Positions 12,431 to 26,598 are shown, counted from the stretch's first letter. The stretch: DNA of 64,000 nt from Octopus bimaculoides (GCF_001194135.2 NC_068993.1:15254194-15318193); one strand, 5' to 3'. A program made the numbers and translations. The notes: generated by a model not told the origin, from the sequence alone.

Positions 12431-13599
12431 AAAAGAATACTACGGTTTTAGTATATGTAACTTTTATAAAGGTGTCCATGCACCCACTTGGCATTTCATT
12501 CTTATGTCTCAAAATCTTCTATGTTTGGTGTATATTTAAAATGAATTTATTTGTAACCATGCATTTATATACCATTACATACTCTCCACAATATCTACGG
12601 CAATACGGTCAATCAAAATGTGGGAGCCCCTACTCGCTAGATGTAGCAGCGCAATGTCTCTCGAACCATACTTGATCACCTTAAAGAAACGGATATATTT
12701 TGAACAGTAGCTATAGTTCTAGATGTACGATCAACAGGATGGTAACACATGACCGTGTTTTATATATATATATATATATATATTTTATTAAACCTTGCTC
12801 CAACAAGTCTGACTTGTTTATGAGCTACAACAACAACAACAACAGCCTCAACACGATTATGCCAGCTTGAGAACAGAAACCCCCCACTGTTTTTATTTTA
12901 TCAGCTTTTACTTGTTACCGGAAATATATCCAGTTACTCCTACAAAAATGTCCATGTATTGTTACTGTTGTACTTGGTGTTGGTTTAGTTGTCATTCTTA
13001 TTATTGTTTTGTTAGTGTTTTTTTGTTAGTGTTAACGTTCTTCTTATTGGCAATATTCTTTCGGATATTTCCGTTCTTAGCAGTGATGTTGTTATCATTG
13101 TTAATGTTCTTGTTAGTCTTACCGACCTCATAATTCGACATATTGATGTCATTATTTCCAACGTGTGTTCCTCTCTGTGTGATGTTTCGTTGTCTTTATA
13201 AGTATCAGCTCTTACTATTTCTTCGTTCGCCATTTTTTTTCTAAAAAATAAATGTGTGTGTGTGCGTGTGTGTATATATATATATATATATATTTATCTA
13301 TTTATTTATTTATTTGCCTTGTCGGCAAACCACAGTTGAGATAAAAGTATCTTCCTGTTGTGCAAGGAATTTTCCCTAAACATATCAGCTCTCTCGCGTA
13401 ACTAAATATGTTACTAATCCACTAAAACAATAGATAGTTACAGCCAATGGAGGTATGAACCGTTAACTAAGGCTTAGATTATATTTACTCGGAATCTCTG
13501 TCTTAATAAACAGTTAGTAATAATAACTTCTGAGGCATCCAAAAGACCACACAACTGGTGAAGTGGAAGAACCAGTCAGTAAAATCAAAGCCATTTTAT

Positions 13600-13955
13600 A
13601 TTATCGACCCAGAAACGAATAAAAGTAATGTTCAATCGGTAGGGTTTGAACTCATAGCGTAAAGCGTTGTAACTAAATACTGCAAAGTAACTTCTCCCAT
13701 AGTCTAACGATTCTGCCACTACGCCCGACCTTAACAAGCAGTAATAATTCTTTCTTCTATAAGTACATGGCCTGGAATTTTAGGGGTAGTTTTATCGATT
13801 ACATCGACCCCAGTGCTATATTGATACTTTATTTTACCCATCCCTGAGAGGATATAGTAGAAGACACTTGCCCAAAGTGCCACGCAGTGGGACTGAAACC
13901 GGAAACATGTGTTTGGTAGGCAAGCTACTTACCACATAGCCACTCCTGCGCCTAT
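13600..13955 (-). mobile_element. Cluster of two family A fragments and one family C 5' part
   Basis: ATCGACCC..GAA/TTTGAACTC blocks at 13600-13857; GAAGACACTTGCCCAAAGTGCCACGCAGTGGGACTGAA at 13860-13955. Confidence 0.7.
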
Positions 13956-15186
13956 ATATTCAATATACATACAAACATATACATACAGACGCGCACCACA
14001 GGCACATAAACGATCACATATAATTATATGTAATAACATTCATACATGAATCAATTTTAAATATTTTCAAGTAATAACAAGCAATAAAAAAAATAAATAA
14101 ATAAATAAATAAATGCATAAATAAATTCAAGGCCCAGTATTCCTTAGAAATGCAAGATATATTACTACGTTAAAATTATTCAATTCCTTATTTACTTCTT
14201 TTTAGCTAAGAATCTAGCGAACGCTTTATGTAATGAAAGACCGACGACAACAGGAACAACAACAAAGAAAGACGAACAATGTTTGCGATTGATGAATATA
14301 ACGGAAGAAGCAATTGGAAATCAATTGCCGATGCAGTCATACAATCAATGTACGTTGGTCGTATTTATAAATCACGCTGTCGAAATACAAACATCTAGTA
14401 TATAACAAAAGAAGAAGAAGAAGAAAAAAAAGCAAGGAGACAACAATACAAGAAGACCACACATACACACAGGAAGTACAGAATAGTATGACGAGTAAGC
14501 AATGACTAGGAACAAGAAGACACAAGCTACTACATACATACATAAATACATACATACACACACATATATATATGGGTTTTTAAATGCGTGAAACAACAGC
14601 ACTTTCTTGTTTTCAGTTCATATGATGTTTTTTGCAGGCTTATTGCTTAAGTATTTCGTATATAATGGTGTATTTTTTACTGCTGTTGTTTCGCTAGAGT
14701 ATAATGTCTTTGTTTGTGTGATTCTTTAAAGGAGAGAGGGTATGCTGAGAAGCTTGTTAAACGTTTTCGTTTGTCTGCACTGATGCAAAGGGATCTTTCG
14801 TTTGTGTATTTCTTTTTTCTTTCTTTGTTCTTTTTTTCCTTTTTGTCTTTTCATTGTCTTTTACAACTTGTTTTCCGTTTGCATGCCGAAAAAAAATCTA
14901 GCGACAATCATGAAATAAGGTCGTACTTAGGTGCAGATGTAAGGAGTGAGAGAGAGAGAGAGAGAGTGTGTGTGTGTGAGAAAGAGAGAGAGAGTGAGAG
15001 AGCAAGAGAATATCAGTGTAATGGACGGAGAATGAGAGACAGAATATCAAAATGAAGAACGGAGAGTGAGGGAAAAAGTGAAAGAGAGAGAGAGTATCAG
15101 AATGTAGATAGGAGTGACAGAGATGGCAGTCTAGAAAATAGCGTATATAGGAGATAAAATAAGTACATAAATTTGAGCGATACTGT

Positions 15187-15229
<43 letters not shown>

Positions 15230-15704
15230 TGTGTGTGCGTGCGTGTGTGCATGTGTGTGACATTCCTTACATCTTAACTGAATGTGCATTTACTCTCGAA
15301 AGACACAAGTTCAGCATTCGTCTTCAGAGATTTTCTCGTATTAAGATATAATGCTAAGAAACAGAGAAAAGTATCAGTAACAGACGAACAACATCATGTC
15401 GCGGTGGTTTAATTTCTAAATCCAGATTTCTGTCACAACCCCTCTTCAGTTACAGACACCAGTAGCAACTGAATGCATTGGCGAATTTCGCTTTTACTTA
15501 TAGTGAAAAACAGTGCTGAATGGTGCTCTCACTCGCTTTATATATATNNNNNNNNNNNNNNNNNNNNNNNNNNNNNNNNNNNNNNNNNNNNNNNNNNNNN
15601 NNNNNNNNNNNNNNNNNNNNNNNNNNNNNNNNNNNNNNNNNNNNNNNNNNNNNNNNNNNNNNNNNNNNNNNNNNNNNNNNNNNNNNNNNNNNTATATATA
15701 AAGG

Positions 15705-15975
15705 AGCACTGCTCTTGAAATTAACGTGCAAGTGACTGAGCAATCCACAGACACGTGTACCCCTAACGTAGTTCTCAGGGAGATTCAGCGTGACACAGAG
15801 TGTGACAAGGGCGGCCCTTTGAAATACAGGTACTACTCATTTTTGCAAGGTCAGTGGACTGGAGCAACGTGAAATAGAGTGTCTTGCTCAAGGGCACAAA
15901 GCGTCGCCGGGAATTGCACTCACGACTTTACGATCGTGAGGCGAATGCCCTGACCACTAAGCCACGCGCCTTCAC
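15705..15975 (-). mobile_element. SINE family B, 3' end truncated at a gap
   Basis: Reverse complement aligns along its length with 36386-36711. Confidence 0.85.
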
Positions 15976-17056
15976 ATATATTCATATATATATGGATATA
16001 TGTACTTACACGTACTGACTCCCACGTACACACGCACACACTCTGTGTGTGTACAGAGAGAAAGTGAGATAATATCCAAAGGTCGCGACGGTGGGCCCTT
16101 GAGTCACTTTGTATATAATGTATTATATACATTCTGTCAAAACTAACGTAACAGTTTACATAGACATATGTGTATATATGCGTAATTGTATTTCATATAC
16201 ACACACATACTCACATGTATTATGCACACCTATATATGTCTACGTATACGACTTTAACCATGTTTAATTCTCGCTAATATTAATCTGTACATTTGGTAAC
16301 ACACCATCTGTAGTTTATGTTACAGACAAGCATTCAGAAATGATCTATAGACAACTTCACTAATGGAACACATTCCTTTCGTAGCTGTAAATCTAAGTTT
16401 ACAAATATATAGCAGGACAGATTTGAGTCTGTGTTTCTTAAGCTATAATTATATTGTTATTACGTCTGCAGATAAGACTAGAAATATACGTATTACAACT
16501 GTCCATTATTAGCTTCGTGACTACCGAAAGCAGGAAAAGTCAAAGGACAGAATATAAAATTTTGAAATTGTGACGTAACCAGTAAATGGACGTTTGACGT
16601 GTAAGAAACAGGGGCGATATCATCACCAAATGACGTTCTACTGGTGTGAAAAACAGAAAGACATAGTGTTCGACGTGCTAGAAACAGGACTTATGTCATT
16701 CTCATATGATGGTCTTCTGGTTTAAGATACAGAGACCCGTTGGATAGTATAGAACTAATACACGACTGAAAAAGGAAAGAAATTAAAGAAGACAGATGTC
16801 CATGGTTGAGTCTCGTTTCATTGATAGGTTTACTTCGTCAGGACTGACCTGAAGTTAATTAACTAAAAAAAAAAACGAAACAGAAAGTAACTTCAAATCT
16901 AATTAATATCTTGTATTGAAACGTCATTGATTCATACTTCGATTTTCTTTCGTTTAGCACCAAAAGAATATCTACAAACCATTTTGGTTTTTCGAGCTAA
17001 ACAAATAAACTCCTAGAAAAAAACAAATTTTAGGGTTTTTCTACGACATGCAAAAT

Positions 17057-17605
17057 AAGGCGGAGAGCTGGTGGTATCGTTTGCATGCCGGAAAATATGC
17101 TTAGCGTCATTTCGTCCGTTTTTACGTTCTGAATTCAAAATCCGTCGAGGTGGACTTTACCTTTCATCCTTTTGAGGTCGATAAAATAAGTACCAGTTGT
17201 GTACTGAGATCAATGTAATCGACTACCCCTCCCCCAAATTTCAGGCCTTGTGACTATAGTAGAAAGGATTATTATTATTATTACTAAGGCAGCGATCTAG
17301 CAGAAGCGTTAGCTCAACAGCAGGTCGTCCGTCTTCACGTTCTGAGTTCAAATTTCGCAGAGATCAACTTTGCTTTTCATCGATTCAGGAACCCAAGAAT
17401 AATTACCAGTTGAGTACTGAGGCTGGTGTAATCAACTTACTTCTTAACCCGAAATTACTGGCCTTGTGTTGAAATTCGAAACCGTTATTATTTTTTTATT
17501 ATTACTAAGTCCACGAGCTGGCAGAATCGTTACCACGCCGGGTAAGATGCTTAGCTGCACTCCGTCTTTACATTCTGACTTTAAATTTCACCGCGGTTGA
17601 CTTAA
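17057..17605 (+). mobile_element. Three head-to-tail SINE family A copies
   Basis: Heads at ~17057, ~17287 and ~17508, separated by (ATT)-rich tails. Confidence 0.8.
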
Positions 17606-18827
17606 AATAAGAACAGCAATAAATGAGCGAAGAAAAAAATATATAGTGTGTGTGTTTACTTGGCAACATTAAAAAAATGACCGTCCCGAAATACAACAAT
17701 TTATACTGTTCCTCCATCCGCCAATACGAAGTTCGAGCAGAAAATCTACGGATAACAACATCTAAGTGAGAGTTATATATATCTNNNNNNNNNNNNNNNN
17801 NNNNNNNNNNNNNNNNNNNNNNNNNNNNNNNNNNNNNNNNNNNNNNNNNNNNNNNNNNNNNNNNNNNNNNNNNNNNNNNNNNNNNNNNNNNNNNNNNNNN
17901 NNNNNNNNNNNNNNNNNNNNNNNNNNNNNNNNNNNNNNNNNNNNNNNNNNNNNNNNNNNNNNNNNNNNNNNNNNNNNNNNNNNNNNNNNNNNNNNNNNNN
18001 NNNNNNNNNNNNNNNNNNNNNNNNNNNNNNNNNNNNNNNNNNNNNNNNNNNNNNNNNNNNNNNNNNNNNNNNNNNNNNNNNNNNNNNNNNNNNNNNNNNN
18101 NNNNNNNNNNNNNNNNNNNNNNNNNNNNNNNNNNNNNNNNNNNNNNNNNNNNNNNNNNNNNNNNNNNNNNNNNNNNNNNNNNNNNNNNNNNNNNNNNNNN
18201 NNNNNNNNNNNNNNNNNNNNNNNNNNNNNNNNNNNNNNNNNNNNNNNNNNNNNNNNNNNNNNNNNNNNNNNNNNNNNNNNNNNNNNNNNNNNNNNNNNNN
18301 NNNNNNNNNNNNNNNNNNNNNNNNNNNNNNNNNNNNNNNNNNNNNNNNNNNNNNNNNNNNNNNNNNNNNNNNNNNNNNNNNNNNNNNNNNNNNNNNNNNN
18401 NNNNNNNNNNNNNNNNNNNNNNNNNNNNNNNNNNNNNNNNNNNNNNNNNNNNNNNNNNNNNNNNNNNNNNNGTGTGATGTGAGGAAGGCATGGGTGGAGT
18501 GTGGGTTAGGCTGAGGGTGGGGTAGAGGTAGGGGTCTGTGGGTAGGGCGGGGGTATGTGGGTAGTGGTGGGTGGTGGGTGTAAGGAATTGGATGGGGTGG
18601 AGTGGGAAGGTAGAGTAGGAGTGTGTTGGGGTGTGGTGGGATGAGCTTATGAGGGGGCGTTGACGAGGAGGGAGAGGGGAAGGGGAAGGTGGATGTAAGA
18701 GAGGGGGAAGATATATATACACATATACATATATATAAATATACATATACATGTATATATATACGCACACGTGAACACACACACACACACATGAACACAC
18801 ACACACATGAACACACACACACACATG

Positions 18828-18861
<34 letters not shown>

Positions 18862-20067
18862 TAGATATTTATGTATGCATGTATGATATTTCTGCAGACT
18901 AGAACTCAATCAATGTCTATGACGAAACTGTCTAGTTTTTTCCTCTTGAAAAATCAGCGAGTGCGAGATATTTTCTGCATGCAAAAACAAACCAACACAT
19001 GTATTCGATAGAAACATGGAGAGTGTAGGGCGGAGCGTCAATTAAATATATCCGTGTGTCTTAACAAAGTGAAGATTGTTGCTAAGTTTTCATNNNNNNN
19101 NNNNNNNNNNNNNNNNNNNNNNNNNNNNNNNNNNNNNNNNNNNNNNNNNNNNNNNNNNNNNNNNNNNNNNNNNNNNNNNNNNNNNNNNNNNNNNNNNNNN
19201 NNNNNNNNNNNNNNNNNNNNNNNNNNNNNNNNNNNNNNNNNNNNNNNNNNNNNNNNNNNNNNNNNNNNNNNNNNNNNNNNNNNNNNNNNNNNNNNNNNNN
19301 NNNNNNNNNNNNNNNNNNNNNNNNNNNNNNNNNNNNNNNNNNNNNNNNNNNNNNNNNNNNNNNNNNNNNNNNNNNNNNNNNNNNNNNNNNNNNNNNNNNN
19401 NNNNNNNNNNNNNNNNNNNNNNNNNNNNNNNNNNNNNNNNNNNNNNNNNNNNNNNNNNNNNNNNNNNNNNNNNNNNNNNNNNNNNNNNNNNNNNNNNNNN
19501 NNNNNNNNNNNNNNNNNNNNNNNNNNNNNNNNNNNNNNNNNNNNNNNNNNNNNNNNNNNNNNNNNNNNNNNNNNNNNNNNNNNNNNNNNNNNNNNNNNNN
19601 NNNNNNNNNNNNNNNNNNNNNNNNNNNNNNNNNNNNNNNNNNNNNNNNNNNNNNNNNNNNNNNNNNNNNNNNNNNNNNNNNNNNNNNNNNNNNNNNNNNN
19701 NNNNNNNNNNNNNNNNNNNNNNNNNNNNNNNNNNNNNNNNNNNNNNNNNNNNNNNNNNNNNNNNNNNNNNNNNNNNNNNNNNNNNNNNNNNNATATATAT
19801 ATATATATATATATACTTATTTTCAGATTCATATATAGATTGATAGATAGATAGATAGATAGAAGCAGTATTTATATATATTACATACATGTGTATATAT
19901 GTATTAATCTGTGAGTGAGGTATAGTAAACACACACACACACATGCACACATACACACACACGCACACGTACACACACACGCACACATACAGACACAAAG
20001 ACATACACGTATATGTATATAGGTAGATATAGAAAAAGAAACATAGATAGATAGATAGATAGATAGT

Positions 20068-20100
<33 letters not shown>

Positions 20101-20179
20101 GGATAGATAGATAGATAGATTGTTGCTTATTGTGTCTTTCAGAAACAAATAAGTAAAAAAAGCCCCTGGTGTATCTTGA

Positions 20180-21077
20180 GGTTCCTGTCAACGTATTTTA
20201 TGCGAGGAATTGCGAATGAAATGAGTTGTAGCAAAATTTGTGCCTCGATTGCTCACGGAAGATCAAATGCAGTCACGAAGGAATGCGTATCGTGAACTGA
20301 AAGAACAGTTGGAAATTGATCCAGACCTTTTTTCGAAGGCCGAAACTGGTGACGAATGCTGCAGCAACGGCTACGACCCGGAAACGAAACAACAAACAAG
20401 TTTATGGAAGCATTCAATGTCACCCCCACCCCCCAAAAAAAAGCGTGTCCAGTGAAGTCCAGTGCTAAGACGATGCTGATTTATTGATCGATACGAAAGG
20501 AATTGTCCACACGAAATTTGTTCCCCCTGGTCAAACTGTTAACCAGATTATTTTCCTTGCCAGTTCTGAAGCGTTTGCAAGACAACGTGAGTCGAAATCT
20601 CCCCGACCTGAGACACAGTATAGAGTGATGTTTTCATCACGACAACGCGCCAGCGCAAACGCCCTCGAGCGTGAGACAAATTTTGACCAAAACTGACATA
20701 ACCCCGCTTACCCTCCCTCCCTGTTTAGCCAATCTTGCTCCCTGCAATTTTTTTTTTTTTTTTTGGCTCTCCCGAATGNNNNNNNNNNCTTGCTCCCTGC
20801 AATTTTTTTTTTTTTTTTTGGCTCTCCCGAATGAAAAAAGTCCTTAAAGGAAATACGTGTTGCAGATGTGGAAGAGGCGAAGAAAAAAAAAATGGAAGGC
20901 GTTAAAAAGCATCTCTTCGCAAAAGTTCCAGAACTGCTTCGAACAGTGGAAAACGCGTCTGGACCGATGCATTGCTTCAAATGAAGAATATTTTGAAGGA
21001 GATAAAAGTGTAAACATGCAACACTAAATGAACAAAATATTATTACAAAATTTCAGTTTCGTTTGGGTACTTCCTCG
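20180..21077 (+). mobile_element. 5'-truncated mariner element (second family) with 3' TIR
   Basis: KFVPRLLTEDQ, ETGDECCSNGYDPETKQQTSLWKH, GIVHTKFVPPGQTVNQ and HHDNAP motifs; ends ...GGGTACTTCCTCG|TA at 21077-21079. Confidence 0.9.
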
Positions 21078-21095
21078 TATATATGTATATATGTT

Positions 21096-21642
21096 CTTTC
21101 AGTATTTATACAGTGAAGCATTACTATAGCGTCGTATATTATTGACTGCTATTTCCAGTAAATATTGGTGCATTGTTGTAACACTATTTCTTTTTACTTT
21201 AAACTTATGGTTCCTTATTTTACTGGATAGCAATATTCTTGCATTGCACTACTTAATAACTTTTTTCTTTGAAACATTTTTCACTGTTCTCCGTTCTGTT
21301 GACGGCTAGGCGTTCAGGTGAGTAAACTGGCACTGATGAAGCAAAATTTAAAATTTTGTCTTGGTGAATCTAGCTGAAGAGAACTAATCAAATTTACGTT
21401 AACAAACGTATTTTGAAGGGTTCTACGTCCTAGATTATCCACATCTGGGTTGTACGTCCGAGATTATCCACGTCTGGGCTTTACATTTATCTAATGTTCT
21501 TCCTACGAGTAAGATGAAATGTTTAATGTTCGCCACCCGCGCATATCTTTGTCAGTATATATACAATGGAGCTTTACTATAGCGTCGTATATTATCGACT
21601 ACTATTTCGAGTAAATATTGGTGCATTGTTGTACTGCTATTC
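21096..21642 (+). repeat. ~95-bp direct repeats (21096-21190, 21547-21642) flanking ~355 bp
   Basis: Shared TTACTATAGCGTCGTATATTAT.GACT.CTATTTC.AGTAAATATTGGTGCATTGTTGTA. Confidence 0.8.
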
Positions 21643-21681
21643 TCTCTCTATATATATAAATATATATGTGGTGGGATGTAT

Positions 21682-21932
21682 AAGGAGAAAAACAACTAGT
21701 TTTAAATCTCTGAATGAGATCTATGTTGTAGCAGTACCGTGTAGTAAAGTTTATTTGCCAACATAACGTGGCACTCCTACATAGGACTATGTTACTACTT
21801 TTTAAGCCTAGGAACACAGCTTTTCCAGCTGGTTAATGACACATGATCTGCGTCAAAGACATATTGTAAGTAAGGGTGCTTACATACATGCATCTCATTC
21901 AGAGATTTAAGACTAGTTGTTGCTTTCCTCTT
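21682..21932. repeat. Fold-back (MITE-like) element with ~55-bp inverted arms
   Basis: AACAACTAGTTTTAAATCTCTGAATGAGAT (21691-21720) versus ATCTCATTCAGAGATTTAAGACTAGTTGTT (21892-21921). Confidence 0.75.
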
Positions 21933-22191
21933 ACGAGATCAGTGACTGTCAGTGACTTCGATAAGTATATACTGTCAGTAATGACCGGTGGCTTGTGCCT
22001 CTGGCCAGGCAGTTGTCCAGCACCGAAGACGGGAAATTACACAAGAGCCATTGGCTGCTAACGGCTAAAATGGAGTAGTAAACAATCTTACTTATAGTAT
22101 GTCTCGGACATAGATCATGTGTCGATAACCAGCTAGAAAAAATGTTTTTCTGGTGTTAAAAAGCAGTAACATAATTCTATGCAGTACTACC

Positions 22192-22222
<31 letters not shown>

Positions 22223-23169
22223 TATATAAGAGGGGTTTGTATGATAGTATATAGAGGAATATATTATATTATATTATATTATATTATATTATATTATATT
22301 CTTTATATATATATATTACATATAAGTATCTATTTGTGTGAGAGCGAAACTACACACATCTGTCTTCTTTTCACACACGCATGCGTGTGCTCGCATACAC
22401 ACCCGTTTTAAAAATCGAACCCAAGACTTTATAGTATTGCATATGTAAATGTATGTTGAACCTAGGTGGATGATATTTGTATTTTATGTAATGCGAATCC
22501 GTTTAACATTGAAATGTTTCTAAATGCCTTTGACTAGTGTAAAACCGCCCTCGGAAAGCTTAAATTCGCTTCTTTGTGTATATACCAAGTTGTTTCTCCA
22601 AGACTTGTATTCATCATTTCTTGAAGACTCCAGTTATGAGCTTGAGCTCACTGTTCAGAAACGTAAGCCAATAATCTCTGTACAACAACCGTATTAACAC
22701 CATCAAATACTCTCTTTACTTCTTGAAACAGAATCAACTTCTATAATTTTTACAGCTCATTCCTGCACGATCATCTGGTAGTCATCAAAGCTATCTGTTT
22801 CATTTTCTTTAAGCCAGTAAGCAACTTTGTTCTTAGAGAGGGCTCTCATGGCATGCAAGTCGGTTTCCGATAATGTCATTGTATCATTCGTCCGATATAC
22901 GCGGATTTTGCGAGAATATATTGCCTTTCTGGAAGGTTAATATACAAATCCTCTACAACAGAGCTTCTTTTCGTTTCTGATATTTTCAAACGACATGAAC
23001 ATAAAGCAGTGTTTTCGTACAAGTTCAAATTCCTACAACATTTACTTACATTTAGTGTTCTACAAACAATGCGAAAATTATTTCTAATAACGTTAATGAA
23101 TCTTAATTTCTATTATATTTTCAAACTGTTACGAATATTGATTGTTATTGATTGTGTATGCAATTTTAC

Positions 23170-23555
23170 TTGTTTTAGTTATTAGACTGCGACCTTGCAG
23201 CAGCGCAGCTTTTAGTCGAAATTTTTAGTCGAATGAATCACGCCCAGTGATTTGTTTTAAGCCTGGTACTTATATCAATCGCTGTTTGCCAAATCAATAA
23301 GTGACGGGGCCGTCAACACGCGAAAACCAGTTGTTAAGCGGTGGTGAGAGATACACACACACACACACACACATATGTATATATGTACATATATGTATGC
23401 GACGAGATTCTTTCTAGTTCCGTCTACCAAGTGCACTCACATGGTTTTGGTTGGTCCGAGGCTACAGAAGAAAGCACGCCCAAGGTGCCACGTAGTGGAA
23501 CTGAACCCGGAACCATGTGATCGGAAAGCAAGCTTATTATCATACAGCCATAACG
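23170..23555 (-). mobile_element. SINE family C, near full length
   Basis: GCACGCCCAAGGTGCCACGTAGTGGAACTGAACCCGGAACCATG head; CCTGGTACTTAT and TTTAGTCGAA tail blocks. Confidence 0.8.
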
Positions 23556-24160
23556 GCGCCTTTACAAACACACAATAAATCTCTTTTCCATCAAAGCAAA
23601 GTCTCACAACAAACAACCATGAGCAAAACATACCGAAATAGGTTGTTTTGTCTTACATATAAAAGGTACTTATAAGTGACATTACTTCATATAAATTCCT
23701 TGAAATGTCTGCAAATATAAATAGGTTTTCGTAGGATTATACTGTAAATAAATCCGAGGTTGTTTTGCCAAGGAAATCATTCTTTCTATATTTAAATTTT
23801 GTGTTTTATTCAGTTAAGTAACACGTTTTCTGAAAGCATAAATTTCATTGTTACTTTCCAACCTGTTGAGATGTGCAGCCGACCGACCGACTGAAAGCAT
23901 GTTTCGGTTTATATAATCTCCGTTTATCACGTATAAATTAACATATATAATCAAATCTGTATGCTTCCACCAAACGAATACTATATTGAGTACGTTTATG
24001 TTTTTTCAATTACACATGCAAACGCACAGACACAAACATAAATACGTACGCATGCAAACACACATACCCGTGCATGCATTTATACACGATAATATTACCA
24101 GCGTTAGCTGGTATACATCAGTGGTTTGGCATATATACTTGTGAGGTGTTATTGTGTGTG

Positions 24161-24197
<37 letters not shown>

Positions 24198-24376
24198 GCG
24201 TGTGTGTGTGTATCAGAGGGGGGGGGTGTCTTTGGGACTGAGTGGGTACGTGTGTGTGAGCATGTGTGCGCGCACACATACATACATATAAATATATATG
24301 TATATGTATTTTTGTGGGGGATTATGTATGCGTAAGTATGTGAGCATATATATATGTCCATATATGCATGCATAAA

Positions 24377-24454
<78 letters not shown>

Positions 24455-24823
24455 NNNNNNNNNNNNNNNNNNNNNNNNNNNNNNNNNNNNNNNNNNNNNN
24501 NNNNNNNNNNNNNNNNNNNNNNNNNNNNNNNNNNNNNNNNNNNNNNNNNNNNNNNNNNNNNNNNNNNNNNNNNNNNNNNNNNNNNNNNNNNNNNNNNNNN
24601 NNNNNNNNNNNNNNNNNNNNNNNNNNNNNNNNNNNNNNNNNNNNNNNNNNNNNNNNNNNNNNNNNNNNNNNNNNNNNNNNNNNNNNNNNNNNNNNNNNNN
24701 NNNNNNNNNNNNNNNNNNNNNNNNNNNNNNNNNNNNNNNNNNNNNNNNNNNNNNNNNNNNNNNNNNNNNNNNNNNNNNNNNNNNNNNNNNNNNNNNNNNN
24801 NNNNNNNNNNNNNNNNNNNNNNN

Positions 24824-24870
<47 letters not shown>

Positions 24871-25167
24871 ATACGTCTGCATGTACGTATATGTATGGAT
24901 ATATGGATGTATAAAAATACGTGTTTTGGAGTAATGAACACACACACGAAATAATAATAATACTATGCATTCACAGCTTAGTAGAGCTTTGTAAGAATTG
25001 TGCGTGTGTGAGTGCGTGTGTCTGTGTGTGTCGATATATATCCATGCACACTCACACATACATTCATGTGCGAATAAAATATGTATATATCTCAAAACAT
25101 ACATATAGATACTTATGCACATATACAATCACAAATATGCGAAATACAGTCAACACACACAAGCACA

Positions 25168-25203
<36 letters not shown>

Positions 25204-26598
25204 NNNNNNNNNNNNNNNNNNNNNNNNNNNNNNNNNNNNNNNNNNNNNNNNNNNNNNNNNNNNNNNNNNNNNNNNNNNNNNNNNNNNNNNNNNNNNNNNN
25301 NNNNNNNNNNNNNNNNNNNNNNNNNNNNNNNNNNNNNNNNNNNNNNNNNNNNNNNNNNNNNNNNNNNNNNNNNNNNNNNNNNNNNNNNNNNNNNNNNNNN
25401 NNNNNNNNNNNNNNNNNNNNNNNNNNNNNNNNNNNNNNNNNNNNNNNNNNNNNNNNNNNNNNNNNNNNNNNNNNNNNNNNNNNNNNNNNNNNNNNNNNNN
25501 NNNNNNNNNNNNNNNNNNNNNNNNNNNNNNNNNNNNNNNNNNNNNNNNNNNNNNNNNNNNNNNNNNNNNNNNNNNNNNNNNNNNNNNNNNNNNNNNNNNN
25601 NNNNNNNNNNNNNNNNNNNNNNNNNNNNNNNNNNNNNNNNNNNNNNNNNNNNNNNNNNNNNNNNNNNNNNNNNNNNNNNNNNNNNNNNNNNNNNNNNNNN
25701 NNNNNNNNNNNNNNNNNNNNNNNNNNNNNNNNNNNNNNNNNNNNNNNNNNNNNNNNNNNNNNNNNNNNNNNNNNNNNNNNNNNNNNNNNNNNNNNNNNNN
25801 NNNNNNNNNNNNNNNNNNNNNNNNNNNNNNNNNNNNNNNNNNNNNNNNNNNNNNNNNNNNNNNNNNNNNNNNNNNNNNNNNNNNNNNNNNNNNNNNNNNN
25901 NNNNNNNNNNNNNNNNNNNNNNNNNNNNNNNNNNNNNNNNNNNNNNNNNNNNNNNNNNNNNNNNNNNNNNNNNNNNNNNNNNNNNNNNNNNNNNNNNNNN
26001 NNNNNNNNNNNNNNNNNNNNNNNNNNNNNNNNNNNNNNNNNNNNNNNNNNNNNATATATATATATATATATACACATATATATATTTACATGCATTTATA
26101 TGTGAATGTATATATATATATAGTCACACAAATGTACGTATATTTACTGATATACTTTTCAATAAAACGACTGATTGGGAAATTCTTTTTCCTTTTCTGC
26201 ATATCATTGCTGATAAATCATTCGGCAATATTGTTGTGCCACGATAAACGTCCAGCACTGAATATGCATAGAGGTGATAAAGAAAATCGCGATGGCAATA
26301 AGGATAAGCGAAAATGGCTGGGTACCATTATAACAGAAACGGCAATTGATGTCCACCGACCAAGAATTAAGGCAGGACACACACGCATGCACGCACGCAC
26401 AAACACACACACACACACACACACATACACACACACATATACACACACATATATGTATAGATATAAATAATCATATATATTCATATATACCTACATACAG
26501 ATAAACGCATACATGTTATGTATAATTCATATATATATATACACATATATATACATATATGCACATATATATATACATATATATACACACATATAAAC

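Noticed and set aside
20734-20833. 45-bp direct repeat around a 10-N gap
   Set aside because: Typical unmerged contig overlap (assembly artefact).
21310-21323. Strong donor CAG|GTGAGT / possible micro-exon
   Set aside because: There is an in-frame TAG immediately upstream, and the 8-nt exon would frameshift; no frame-preserving exon is possible.
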